Origin: an uncultured virus (IMG/VR IMGVR_UViG_3300034684_000282)
Taxonomy: Duplodnaviria > Heunggongvirae > Uroviricota > Caudoviricetes
Virus record (IMG/VR): IMGVR_UViG_3300034684_000282
Length of the DNA stretch: 60,583 bases
Strand: one strand, 5' to 3'
The position numbers and the translations under genes are program-made. Numbering within the stretch: position 1 is the first letter of the stretch; each line of letters opens with the position of its first letter. The notes beneath the pieces are model-generated. The model did no database searches, was not told where the DNA came from, and saw only the letters and a program-made list of their open reading frames with translations. Positions 8,592 to 18,644 of the stretch are shown piece by piece.

Positions 8592-10940
8592 ATGAATAAT
8601 TTGAACTTGATAGACATTGAAAGACTACCGGTTGACTTTGAGGAAATTGTAGAGCTACTTAAGAACAGGGTGCAGTCTAGACTACCCAACAGGTGGACAG
8701 ACTTTTTAGCTAGTAACTTTGGTGTTGAGTTGTTGGAAGCTTTCGCTTACGAAGCAACGCTTATGAACTACTACTTAAACATGAGTGTCAACGAGTGTTT
8801 CTTACCAACGGCTAAGACTAAGACGGGAGTCTACTCTCTAGCAAAAACGATAGGGTACAACCCTAGTCCCCCGAGTCAGTCGGTCGTAATGTTAAGGTTT
8901 TACCTGGACAGCCCTTACCCTAAGAATATAATCATTCCTAAGTACACTACCGCCGTGTCAAAGAGCGGAGTACCGTTCTACACTACTGAGAACAAGGTGC
9001 TGTACAGCGGGGAGACTAGTGTCAACGTTAGGGCAAAGTCCGGAACTCTAGTAGAGGAGTCTCTAATCTCTACGGGCGAGCCGCGGAGGAGGTACAGGCT
9101 AAGGCAGTTTCCTGTCAACTCCGTAGAAACGCTGACCGTTAACGATGAGTTATACACCCAAGTAGACTTTATCGACACTCTAGGGCAAAACAGTTACTTC
9201 ACGGTTGACTACGACGACGAGTTTAACGCGTACGTATCATTCGGTGACGGAAACTACGGTATAAACCCAGCTAAAAACTTGATTATTAACGTACTGTACA
9301 CTGTGGGGGCGAACTTAGACCACAACGTTATGCCCTTTCAGATTACTACGATAAACAACTTTATCTTTGACGCTGATAACAACATTGTACCGAACATCAA
9401 AGTAGTAAACGACCAGGGTGCCGTCGGGGCTTCAGACAGCGAGTCTATAAGTGAGGTAAAGAGAAACGCGCCGAGTATATACAGGACTCAGGGTAGGTGT
9501 GTAACGCGACAGGACTTTGAAGACGTAACTCTCATGATCCCGGGAGTAGAGAAAGTTTCAGTCATCGACAACTCTATGATGGAAGAGATAGGGATATTCG
9601 GCGTTAAGGTGTGTGTAATTCCAAAGAATCAGAAGTACCCAACCGAGGCGTTTAAGAGTTACGTTAGAGACTACTTGGAGGATAAAAAAATTGTATCTAC
9701 CCAAGTAGACGTTATAGATCCTACGTTTATACCCTACGACGTTAGCATAAGTGTGGGTATCAACCCAAGCGTGTCCTCGTCGGTTGTTTCAAACAAAATA
9801 CGTGAGGTTGTCGGTGGTTACCTAAGCTACCGAAACCGTGATTTTGGGGAAGAGGTTTCAAGGCAGGAGCTGTACAGGTTGATTTCAGGCATTTCGGAAA
9901 TTAACACTATTCACAACTTAGCGGTCAGTGAGAACCGCTCGATATACGTAACGGAGGTACCCTCTCCAGATAGAGTAAGGTTTGTTGACGATATAAACAT
10001 GCTAAAACCCGGCGCCGTGGTTAACATACTGAGCTTAGACAAAGAGCTGGTCCTAACTACAAAAATTACGAGTATCAACGAAGAGTTGAGCGAGGCTACT
10101 ATCGAGGACGCAGTTACGGCAGACATGAACGTAGGGTACGGTAGCTTGATATACCCAGAGTTGGAAACGAGCGTAGCTCACGCGTACGGGGAGAAGGAGA
10201 TCTCCTTCAAGGTAAGTTACCTAACGGGTGGGCAGCAGATTGACTACACGCTGATGAACTTTTCTAACACTACCGTCTACTTCAGCGACCTACCGAACAG
10301 GTACTATAAGGTGTTGTTTAAGATTAGCAATAAGTTATACTTGAGCGAGCCCGTTGACCGGGATATCCCCGCTGGTACAAAGATAGTCATCGTTAGTAAG
10401 AAGTACGTTCCAACGCTTAAGGCGAGCGTTTCAAGGGGTTCAAACACGCTCCTCTTCACCGACTATCCGAGGTTTTCTAAGGGTACTGAGTTAGTTAAAA
10501 ATGCTATGATCTCCTTTGTCTCCGACACCGTAGCGATGGTAAAGAGTGGATCGACTGTAGACTACATGGGGACAGCCGTAGACTTAAACTATTTGGTTAG
10601 GGTAACTCAAGTTTACGTTGACAAGAGTAGAGTTTTTGAGGAGAATTTAGACTACAGGCTAGTAAACGACGGGAAGGTTATAGAGTGGACGTCAGTGGGA
10701 AGGTCAAAGATAACACCCAACACAAAGTTTTACGTTGACATTGTTAGGAAAGTCGTTAACGTTTCCGACACCGATCTTGTCTACTACGTTAAACACGTAG
10801 ACAAGAAAAAAGCTATAATTACACCGACAACGGCTGTTAGCATGGATGAGCTAACAACGTTTGACTACACGACTGAGACTTACATTCTACTACCCAACGA
10901 GATTGCTGACGTGGGTAACGTTAGCATTACCGTCGTGTAA
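8592..10940 (+). CDS. baseplate wedge protein gp6 / baseplate J-like
   Basis: DFEEI...WTDFLASNFGVELLE..., FGDG.YG..P, RCVTRQDFE. Confidence 0.9.
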   Translation: MNNLNLIDIERLPVDFEEIVELLKNRVQSRLPNRWTDFLASNFGVELLEAFAYEATLMNYYLNMSVNECFLPTAKTKTGVYSLAKTIGYNPSPPSQSVVMLRFYLDSPYPKNIIIPKYTTAVSKSGVPFYTTENKVLYSGETSVNVRAKSGTLVEESLISTGEPRRRYRLRQFPVNSVETLTVNDELYTQVDFIDTLGQNSYFTVDYDDEFNAYVSFGDGNYGINPAKNLIINVLYTVGANLDHNVMPFQITTINNFIFDADNNIVPNIKVVNDQGAVGASDSESISEVKRNAPSIYRTQGRCVTRQDFEDVTLMIPGVEKVSVIDNSMMEEIGIFGVKVCVIPKNQKYPTEAFKSYVRDYLEDKKIVSTQVDVIDPTFIPYDVSISVGINPSVSSSVVSNKIREVVGGYLSYRNRDFGEEVSRQELYRLISGISEINTIHNLAVSENRSIYVTEVPSPDRVRFVDDINMLKPGAVVNILSLDKELVLTTKITSINEELSEATIEDAVTADMNVGYGSLIYPELETSVAHAYGEKEISFKVSYLTGGQQIDYTLMNFSNTTVYFSDLPNRYYKVLFKISNKLYLSEPVDRDIPAGTKIVIVSKKYVPTLKASVSRGSNTLLFTDYPRFSKGTELVKNAMISFVSDTVAMVKSGSTVDYMGTAVDLNYLVRVTQVYVDKSRVFEENLDYRLVNDGKVIEWTSVGRSKITPNTKFYVDIVRKVVNVSDTDLVYYVKHVDKKKAIITPTTAVSMDELTTFDYTTETYILLPNEIADVGNVSITVV

Positions 10941-10949
10941 TAGGGAGCT

Positions 10950-12191
10950 GTGCCGATGGCGTTTCTATACTCCGTACTACCGGAGTACACTAAAAACAGT
11001 GACGTTTTAACAGACAGTAACGCTCGGGGTAGGGTAAAGTCTCTAGAAGAGTTTCTAAACACGGTCGACGAGGAAATATTCGACGTTGTAGCGGACTCGG
11101 TGAGAGAGATACTGTCGTTTGGGTCCGTCTACGAGATAAGTGACGAGTACCTACCGTACTTAGCCTACTTGCTAGGCTACAAGTGGAACTACAGCTTAGA
11201 CTTAAGCATACAGAGAAACCTGCTGGCTAACATACTAAGGTTGTACAAGAGAAAGGGAACTAAGTTTTCGTTTAACTTTAGCTTGTACAACCTGGACCCG
11301 TCAATATCTTTGTACGAGCCGTATAAAGACATTTTTATACTGAATAAGTCTGGTTTTGACGAGTTTGACTACGAGAGCTACCCTAGCTTTACTCTGAAAG
11401 CGCCGGTGCGTGCAGCTACCGTAGGGAGTATAGAACTAAGTGGGATACAGGTAGTAGACGGCGTAAGGGTTAAGAGCGGAGACAGAGTGTTAGTTAAAAA
11501 CCAGAGTGACCCTACGGAAAACGGCGTGTACACCGCCGGGGAGAGTAGCTGGGTTAGGTCGGAAGACGCTGACGCGGAGTCGGAGTTGCTGTACTCCCTG
11601 TACTACGTAGAAGAGGGGTTAGTCAACAAGAACAAGGGGTGGGTCTGCACAGGTGCGGATTTAACTAGCGGTGTAGTCTTTGAGAGGCTTAAGTTTAAGG
11701 GAGTGAAAAAATACCACCTGTCTAGTAGGAATTACTACTCTTGGGGGATCCTAGTATTAAGCCTGAGTAGCTTATACCCCGAAACCTACGACCTACTAGC
11801 AATGGTTAAGCCGGCGGGTTGGAAGGCAATAGTTGAGCTACAGCACAAGCTGTACTACAGCTGGCACTATAAAGTGGAGGGTACCGCGAGAAGCAGCTAC
11901 ATTAGTACTGTAAACTTGGCAGGTATAAGTCCCGAAATAGACAAAGATTACTACAGCAGCTTTGTAAATTCTATTCACTACTACGATCTAAGAACGCTGT
12001 ACAGTATAACGTTTGCGGGTAGCACGTTTAGTCTGGGTGGTAGCTACCACAGCAGCTTGCTTAACGGTACAACGCTAAACGACATAGGGTTTTACAACCT
12101 GTACTACGAAACCGAGAGCAGCAGCTACACTTTGCTAAGGTACCCAGCGCAGTATTTGTACCACTCTAACACCCAGCCTAGCTGGTGGTAG
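10950..12191 (+). CDS. baseplate wedge protein (P2 gpI / gp7-like) with inserted fibre-associated domain
   Basis: YLPYLAYLLG...LYKRKGT. Insert reads VRAAT...LSGIQVVDGV...GDRVLVKNQ...ENGVY. Confidence 0.7.
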   Translation: MPMAFLYSVLPEYTKNSDVLTDSNARGRVKSLEEFLNTVDEEIFDVVADSVREILSFGSVYEISDEYLPYLAYLLGYKWNYSLDLSIQRNLLANILRLYKRKGTKFSFNFSLYNLDPSISLYEPYKDIFILNKSGFDEFDYESYPSFTLKAPVRAATVGSIELSGIQVVDGVRVKSGDRVLVKNQSDPTENGVYTAGESSWVRSEDADAESELLYSLYYVEEGLVNKNKGWVCTGADLTSGVVFERLKFKGVKKYHLSSRNYYSWGILVLSLSSLYPETYDLLAMVKPAGWKAIVELQHKLYYSWHYKVEGTARSSYISTVNLAGISPEIDKDYYSSFVNSIHYYDLRTLYSITFAGSTFSLGGSYHSSLLNGTTLNDIGFYNLYYETESSSYTLLRYPAQYLYHSNTQPSWW

Positions 12192-12261
12192 AGTTATAAA
12201 AGTATTTTTTTGTATTTTTTAATTTGAAATTAATCATATAACAATCTTGGGGGAGTACTTA

Positions 12262-12879
12262 ATGGTTGCAAACATATCCCCCGCAGTATCTCCGTATATT
12301 GCGAGGACGAAAAAGGCTATCGAATTTTTCGAGGCGAACGAAGACAAGACTCAACAGACTGGGCTAATGGTGTGTATCGCCGGCGGACCGGGAGACGAGA
12401 CAGACTGGCCTAGCGGACCCCCGCTACCGACGCTGGACACGACTCAGCTGACTTACGTGAAGGGTTTTAAGAGATACAACGAGATGTACTTTGTTGTACC
12501 GAGTACGTACGGAACCTTAAACATAGGCAACATTAGCTGGCTGAAGGTAGACTTGATAGACCCGCCGGACCCAAGCGTGTGGATGTCTAGGTACCTAAAC
12601 GTGATAAACCAGCAGTCTCGGTGGCTGTTTGTCAGCGCGCTGCTGGGTGCGGGTGAGGCGGACACCGCGGCCTACAAGCAGGTAGGGTTGTACAGCAGCC
12701 TTAAAGTACTCGGTGACTACAACAAGGACTTCTTTACGCCGGCTGAGATTTCAAAAACGGGAACTGACGTTTCAAACTATAAGTACGACGGGATACTGGA
12801 GCTGTACCAGAATAAGGAAAACTTAGTGTCTAGGTCAAGCGACTTGATAGACTACTTCGCTTGGGTCTTAGAATTCTAA
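12262..12879 (+). CDS. baseplate structural protein (gp8-like position)
   Basis: Position in the operon; YKQVGLYS motif; C-terminal VLEF. ATG follows a GGGGAG RBS. Confidence 0.5.
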   Translation: MVANISPAVSPYIARTKKAIEFFEANEDKTQQTGLMVCIAGGPGDETDWPSGPPLPTLDTTQLTYVKGFKRYNEMYFVVPSTYGTLNIGNISWLKVDLIDPPDPSVWMSRYLNVINQQSRWLFVSALLGAGEADTAAYKQVGLYSSLKVLGDYNKDFFTPAEISKTGTDVSNYKYDGILELYQNKENLVSRSSDLIDYFAWVLEF

Positions 12880-12894
12880 AGGGTGGTTGTGTGA

Positions 12895-15800
12895 ATGCCT
12901 ATACCGGTTAAAAACTTGAACACGGCTCCGTATTACGACACCACGGAGCAGGAGTTAGCGAAGGGTTACTCTAAGTACCTAGCCGTTGAGGGTCAAGTCT
13001 TACAGAACAGGGAGCTCAACGTTGCCCAGGGGTTGATTCTAGGCAACGTTAAAAGAATAACGGACCTAATGATAGACGACGGGTCAGTCGTTTCCGGGTG
13101 CAACTTTGTAAACAACAAGGAGAAGAAGATCTGCATTCTAGAGTCCGGAGAGGTGTACTTCAACGGTTTGCTAGTTAAGGTACCGTACACCGAGTGGTCG
13201 TACGCGTCGGTACCCTTAGGGATGGTCTACGTGTGCTTGGAAGTTTTACCGTACGTGTACACTGAGAGTGACGACCCGTCGCTGTACGACCCGGCCGAAA
13301 ACATAGAGAACTCCGGAGTTAGGGGCGGGCACAGGCTAAAGTACGAGGCAACCCCGCTGATTAAGACCGTAGCGGAGTTTGAGGCTGACGCTGAGTCGAA
13401 CAGAAACATAATCGCTATAATTAAGCTAAGGGATAGGGACACGTTTGGTCCGATCAAGCCTACACCCATCTTCGGTAAGATTTACAAGCAGATGGCCGAG
13501 CGTACGTACGACGCGTCGGGGGACTTTATAGCGCGGGGTCTCAAAGTTAGTGCTCAAGTAAGCGACTACCCGGAGTACAAGTACAAGTTGGAGGTGTCGG
13601 AGGGGCGAGCGTACGTAAAGGGATTTAACTACACTTACAACAAGCCACAGTATTTTTTAGAGGACTTAGCTTTAGTCGTACGCTCCAACGAAGACTTACC
13701 GGAGACTAAGAGTTTTATCACCGGCGTAAGGTCTTACACGCTGAATAGAAAGTATATTAAGGCTGTCACAGACGTTAACTCGTTTATTAAGATTTCCAAC
13801 ATTGACATGACCGGGTTCTCGCACAACGTTCTGACCGCACTCGCTGCCGAGCCGTACAAGATGGCGATTAGTAGAGTAGCGATAGCAAGCGTTGTAGTCA
13901 ATGGTTACAGTACCGCTGACTACACGTTTAACCCTGCGACAAACATCATAGTATGGAACATTTCGTCACCACCCTCTTCATACACCGTAAACGCGGACGT
14001 AAACGCGGACTTAGTGGAGAACGAAGACTACTACATAACAAAGAGTGAAGACACTAGTATTATAAACTTTAAGACTACAAACATGGTAAGGGACGACACG
14101 CAAACGTTCTCAGTAACGTACAGCTGGTTCTTGTCCCGCTACGACTTAGTTTACATTAAGGAAGACGGTTATATCGCCGTAAAAACTGGGATCCCAAATG
14201 AGTTAGAGTTAATCAAGCAGCCTAACGTTCCAGTCGGTACCCTACCCTTAGCGTACGTAAGAGTTGAGCCTGGTATATCACCCGAAAAGTTTGTCGTTGA
14301 AAGCTTTAACATATACAGCGTTCCGACAATCCAACTGCAGACGATGAAGAGAAAGATAAGCGACTTTGAGTACAACTTTGCGATGACTGAGTTAGAGCAG
14401 ATCGCACAGAGTAAGCACACGGAGTCGGACGATCTGTACAAGTTAAAGAACATATTCGCAGACGGGGTAACGGGGTACGGTAGGCTAGACTTAGACAACA
14501 GGCAGTTCGACGCGACCGTTGATGTTTTTAGGTCTGAAGTTAGGCTACCCATGATCATTGACCAAGTAAACGCTAGCGACGTTAGCTTTAGGAACGCGGA
14601 TGGGACGGTTACCGCGGAGGAAATTCTACACCTTGACATAAGCTCGCATAAAGTAGCCGACTTTCAGCCGTACATTACTCACAACATTGACATAGCCCCG
14701 TTCTACTACAAGGGACTGGTGCCTAAAATTACATGCGACCCTAAGAAGCTAAAGCACATAGAGGACTCTGTGACTGACAAAGTTATATGGCTACCGAATA
14801 GAGTTATATACTCTAGTAGAACGGTTAACCGTTGGTCTACTACGACTGGTTCTCAGGCTGGAACTCGAACAGTTACAACATCGGTTAAGGAGTCAACGAT
14901 TGTCGGTGAAGAGATCGTTGAGACTAAAAAGCAAGAGATAGACTTAGTCCCGCAGCCGTATATAAAGGCGGGTTCTATTTTAAAAGTAACCGGGGATGAT
15001 TTTCCACCCGATACTGAAATAAGACTGTACTTAGATGAAAAAGTTATAACTCCGGAGTTTAGTGACCCAGAGCACAGTGACGCTACGGACGTGAGTTTAG
15101 ACACGCTGGAGTATACTACTGAAACGAGTTTTTGGAAAACTTCTACGTGGAAGTGGGGAAAGCAGTGGTGGAACGGTAAGTGGTACTGGAGATTCTGGCC
15201 ACCCAGCTACGGTGACAAGGGAGTGTCACTATACTACGACGAGTCTGACGGCAACTGGTACTGGGAGAAGAGTGGTTTCGGTACTCTGATAGACGGAAGC
15301 GGTAAACTGACTGACGTTCCAGACTGGGTAAAGTGGTTAAGGAGATCTCCGTGGTGGACTTATTACTACAACCAGCTAGCTGAGGGTGCATACAAAGAAA
15401 TATTTAACTATATAAATACTAGGGAAGCGTTAACGCAGTTTGAATACGCTACCGGTTTTGAGGAGTCTAACGTTACTGTAGTTACTGACTGGAACGGACA
15501 TTTTGCCGTAGAGATTAAGATTCCTGAAAACACACCGGTTGGAAAACATACCGTCGTTGCAGAGAGTGTGTTTCCTGAAAAGCTTAACCCTGATAGGTAT
15601 TTTAACGCTTTTGACGAGTTTACTGGAGAGTCATACATACGACACTGGGTAAACGAGATATACATGAGGAAGGTAGAGAGAATAGAGGAGACTATTTATG
15701 TAGAGAGAATTACTACGGTACCACCACCGCGACCAGCCCGCCCAGTATGGTTCGAAACGGGTGGTAACGGTGGGTCTGACCCGGTTGCGCAGTCATTTTC

Positions 15801-16608
15801 CTTCAGCGATGATTTATTCTTAACTGGGATTGACGTTTACTTCTCCCACGTGTCGGTTGACCCAACCGCTAGAGCTTGGTTTAACATTAGAGAGACACTT
15901 AACGGGTACCCATCTGACCAAGTTATCTACCGCAAGGATATTAGTATCAGTGATATTAACACCCCTACTACTACAAACCCATTTCCCGCTACGCACATAG
16001 CCTTTGACTACCCGGTGTACTGCGCGGCTGGAAAAGAATACGCGTTTACTATAGGGTGCAACGTAGACGGTTTTCGAATATTCTACGCGAAAATGGGTAA
16101 CCGCGACTTGGTTACGAACGAACCTGTAGTCTACCAACCGCACTCGAGCGGGGTTATGTTTGTGTCTTCAAACAACCGTACTTGGACCCCGGTACAAGAT
16201 TCCGACATCGCTTACACGCTGTACAGGGCGGACTTTGACACTAGCGGTAAAACCTACTACGTGTACTTTGTCAACGAGAGCTGTGACAACACGGCAAACA
16301 ACTTTAAGATATTAAACGTATCGATAGGCGACGTTGTCTTGGAAAACACCGACGTACTGTACGAGTACACTATAACCGCTACAGCACCCGCAGCCTTTGA
16401 CCCCGAGAGTGAGAAGTGGCAGGAGTTAAACATTGAGGAGATGTACGAGGTACCTACGTCTGACACGATGAAGCTGTACCTTAAGGTAACGCTGTCTAGC
16501 AGTGACTCAAAGGTTACCCCGGTTGTCAACACTAGCACGCTCGACGCTTTCTTTGCTAAGTACAAGACAGCGGGCTCGTACATTCTAGTTCCACTAAACA
16601 TAGAATAG
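12895..16608 (+). CDS. DUF4815-like large baseplate/tail protein
   Basis: NLNTAPYYD, LQNRELN, MAERTYDASGDF, GRAYVKG, DPVAQSF...LTGIDVYF, SSN.RTWT..QDSD. Confidence 0.85.
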   Translation: MPIPVKNLNTAPYYDTTEQELAKGYSKYLAVEGQVLQNRELNVAQGLILGNVKRITDLMIDDGSVVSGCNFVNNKEKKICILESGEVYFNGLLVKVPYTEWSYASVPLGMVYVCLEVLPYVYTESDDPSLYDPAENIENSGVRGGHRLKYEATPLIKTVAEFEADAESNRNIIAIIKLRDRDTFGPIKPTPIFGKIYKQMAERTYDASGDFIARGLKVSAQVSDYPEYKYKLEVSEGRAYVKGFNYTYNKPQYFLEDLALVVRSNEDLPETKSFITGVRSYTLNRKYIKAVTDVNSFIKISNIDMTGFSHNVLTALAAEPYKMAISRVAIASVVVNGYSTADYTFNPATNIIVWNISSPPSSYTVNADVNADLVENEDYYITKSEDTSIINFKTTNMVRDDTQTFSVTYSWFLSRYDLVYIKEDGYIAVKTGIPNELELIKQPNVPVGTLPLAYVRVEPGISPEKFVVESFNIYSVPTIQLQTMKRKISDFEYNFAMTELEQIAQSKHTESDDLYKLKNIFADGVTGYGRLDLDNRQFDATVDVFRSEVRLPMIIDQVNASDVSFRNADGTVTAEEILHLDISSHKVADFQPYITHNIDIAPFYYKGLVPKITCDPKKLKHIEDSVTDKVIWLPNRVIYSSRTVNRWSTTTGSQAGTRTVTTSVKESTIVGEEIVETKKQEIDLVPQPYIKAGSILKVTGDDFPPDTEIRLYLDEKVITPEFSDPEHSDATDVSLDTLEYTTETSFWKTSTWKWGKQWWNGKWYWRFWPPSYGDKGVSLYYDESDGNWYWEKSGFGTLIDGSGKLTDVPDWVKWLRRSPWWTYYYNQLAEGAYKEIFNYINTREALTQFEYATGFEESNVTVVTDWNGHFAVEIKIPENTPVGKHTVVAESVFPEKLNPDRYFNAFDEFTGESYIRHWVNEIYMRKVERIEETIYVERITTVPPPRPARPVWFETGGNGGSDPVAQSFSFSDDLFLTGIDVYFSHVSVDPTARAWFNIRETLNGYPSDQVIYRKDISISDINTPTTTNPFPATHIAFDYPVYCAAGKEYAFTIGCNVDGFRIFYAKMGNRDLVTNEPVVYQPHSSGVMFVSSNNRTWTPVQDSDIAYTLYRADFDTSGKTYYVYFVNESCDNTANNFKILNVSIGDVVLENTDVLYEYTITATAPAAFDPESEKWQELNIEEMYEVPTSDTMKLYLKVTLSSSDSKVTPVVNTSTLDAFFAKYKTAGSYILVPLNIE

Positions 16609-16617
16609 GGTGATAGT

Positions 16618-18480
16618 ATGGCCTTTAACATTTTCTTTAAGAAGGGACGCTTGATTTGGGACGAGTACGTTCCGTCGATTCTAAGGAGCGACTCACTGAC
16701 ACCGAGTGTTAGCTTCGACAAGGGTTACTCTTGGATGAGTTTAGCTACTCAGGCTGCGAGCCTAAGGGAGGGTAGCGTTGTACACGGGGGGAATATAAAG
16801 GATCTAGGCAACGGTTTTAAGCAGGTAGACCTTAGCTTCACCTTCACACCGACGGCGGTACCCATGATAGCCGGCTACAGCCTAGAGCCGGACTCTACGT
16901 ATGGATTAAACCCTGGAACGTACTACTTTGCCGCTGGGTGCATAAACTACGACACTCCGTGCATGAACATTTCAAATGGCGACAACTACTACGCAACCGG
17001 GCAGTTTTCAGTACCTGTATCAAAGTTAGTTAGGGTAGATATAGGAGCAAAGTCGAGAGTTAACCTATTTATAAACTACCCGAAGTATACTCGAGGGTTG
17101 TGTGTATACTACGGTCAGCTAAGCGGTAGCACGGTAAGCCTCAAGTTATATCACGTTACTAACTTAGTCCAACTGTTAGATAGTAGTATTACTGCTGAGT
17201 CTACCGAAACTATAGTTTTAAAGAATACCTACCCGTTTCCCGACAACGGGGTTGTAAAGATTGAGAGTGAGTATATTAAGTACACTACGTGCAGCTGGAA
17301 CGGAACAAGATGGCAGCTTACGGGGTTAACCCGCGGTTTATATAGTACTACTCCAGCAAACCACACCAACCCGTCGGGTGAAAATATACCGGTATATCTA
17401 GCAATGTATGAAAACGGTGGGTTATACGGAGAGATACCTGACAGAGTTTACGCTAGACCCCCTTTAGACTCACGTTTAGTACAGTACTTAAACTTTGATA
17501 CTACAGCACCTATAGACTTAGTAAATAGTGCGCGAGTAATTATTAAAGTAGGTGAAGTAAACTACTCTTCCTCGTGGACTATGCTGAGCAACAGCTTAAG
17601 ACTGTCGGGTAAGGGGTACTTAAACTCGAACTGCAACTTAACTACTAGCGTAGTCGACGAGGGGTCCGTTCACTTCTACATCTCCTTCGAGTCTTTCGTA
17701 GAGGGTGAGACTAGCGACCCGTACATCTTCGGGACAGCCGACGGTTCCGGACTGTGGATGAGGATCAGTAGGATTACCAACAAGCCGTACTTCGGTGTCG
17801 GTAGCGTAACCGTAGTCGGTTCGGAGGACTTTAGAGTCCCCAGTCTGTCTAAGAACAGCTACGACAGGATAGGTTTAGCATGGAGAGTAAACAGTAAGGG
17901 CAACATGGTGTTTGACTTTACGGTAAACGGTTACTCGTTTATAACGGAATCAACACTGATTCCAAAGTTTAGCTCTAACAAAACAAACCGGTTTAACCCT
18001 GGAACACTCTTGATCGGTGGTATCTCACTTAGCCCTAATACGTCGTTCAACGGTTACATCGATGACTGGCGGATATACAACTCAGCACTGACTCTAGATG
18101 AGTTTAACGCCATACACACCTACTTAATGTCAAAGCCTAACGTGTACTGTGGGAAGGTAACGGTAGACACTAACTATAAAGACTTGTCCGGTTACAACGT
18201 TAATTTAGGGGACTACGAGCCATTGATTGACACGACTATTATTATAACCGTAGACGGGGGTAACAACTTCGGCGTGTACTACGACGACTGGCTCATGGAG
18301 AAACTACTGACGGACCCTACAATCTACTCTGGGGAAAGGATATCCTACCCGATTGAGTCAGACTCGATTCAAGTTAGGTTTGACATGCACGGGTACGACG
18401 TGTCCAACGAGTCTAGCGGGTACTACTCGCCGGTGCTAAAGAACATTTCCCTAATAATATCAGAGGAAAGCTTAGGTTAA
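16618..18480 (+). CDS. virion protein with LamG/ConA-like lectin domain
   Basis: GVVKIESEYIKY...LTRG module; LLIGG...FNGYIDDWRIYNSALT. Confidence 0.7.
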   Translation: MAFNIFFKKGRLIWDEYVPSILRSDSLTPSVSFDKGYSWMSLATQAASLREGSVVHGGNIKDLGNGFKQVDLSFTFTPTAVPMIAGYSLEPDSTYGLNPGTYYFAAGCINYDTPCMNISNGDNYYATGQFSVPVSKLVRVDIGAKSRVNLFINYPKYTRGLCVYYGQLSGSTVSLKLYHVTNLVQLLDSSITAESTETIVLKNTYPFPDNGVVKIESEYIKYTTCSWNGTRWQLTGLTRGLYSTTPANHTNPSGENIPVYLAMYENGGLYGEIPDRVYARPPLDSRLVQYLNFDTTAPIDLVNSARVIIKVGEVNYSSSWTMLSNSLRLSGKGYLNSNCNLTTSVVDEGSVHFYISFESFVEGETSDPYIFGTADGSGLWMRISRITNKPYFGVGSVTVVGSEDFRVPSLSKNSYDRIGLAWRVNSKGNMVFDFTVNGYSFITESTLIPKFSSNKTNRFNPGTLLIGGISLSPNTSFNGYIDDWRIYNSALTLDEFNAIHTYLMSKPNVYCGKVTVDTNYKDLSGYNVNLGDYEPLIDTTIIITVDGGNNFGVYYDDWLMEKLLTDPTIYSGERISYPIESDSIQVRFDMHGYDVSNESSGYYSPVLKNISLIISEESLG

Positions 18481-18485
18481 CGACT

Positions 18486-18644
18486 ATGAAGAAGGTTAAG
18501 GATCTCAACACGGGAGTCATTAAGTACATTCCAGACGAGAGTGACATGACACTGCTCAAGCTGAGCAGCGAGCTTAAAAAAGTTAGTAAGAAGGTTAGAG
18601 AGTTAGAGGATAGAATTAACAGGCTAGAAGGTAGTGATACTTAG
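18486..18644 (+). CDS. small coiled-coil protein (52 aa)
   Basis: MKKVKDLNTG...VRELEDRINRLEGSDT*. Fills the gap and its stop overlaps the next start. Confidence 0.65.
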   Translation: MKKVKDLNTGVIKYIPDESDMTLLKLSSELKKVSKKVRELEDRINRLEGSDT

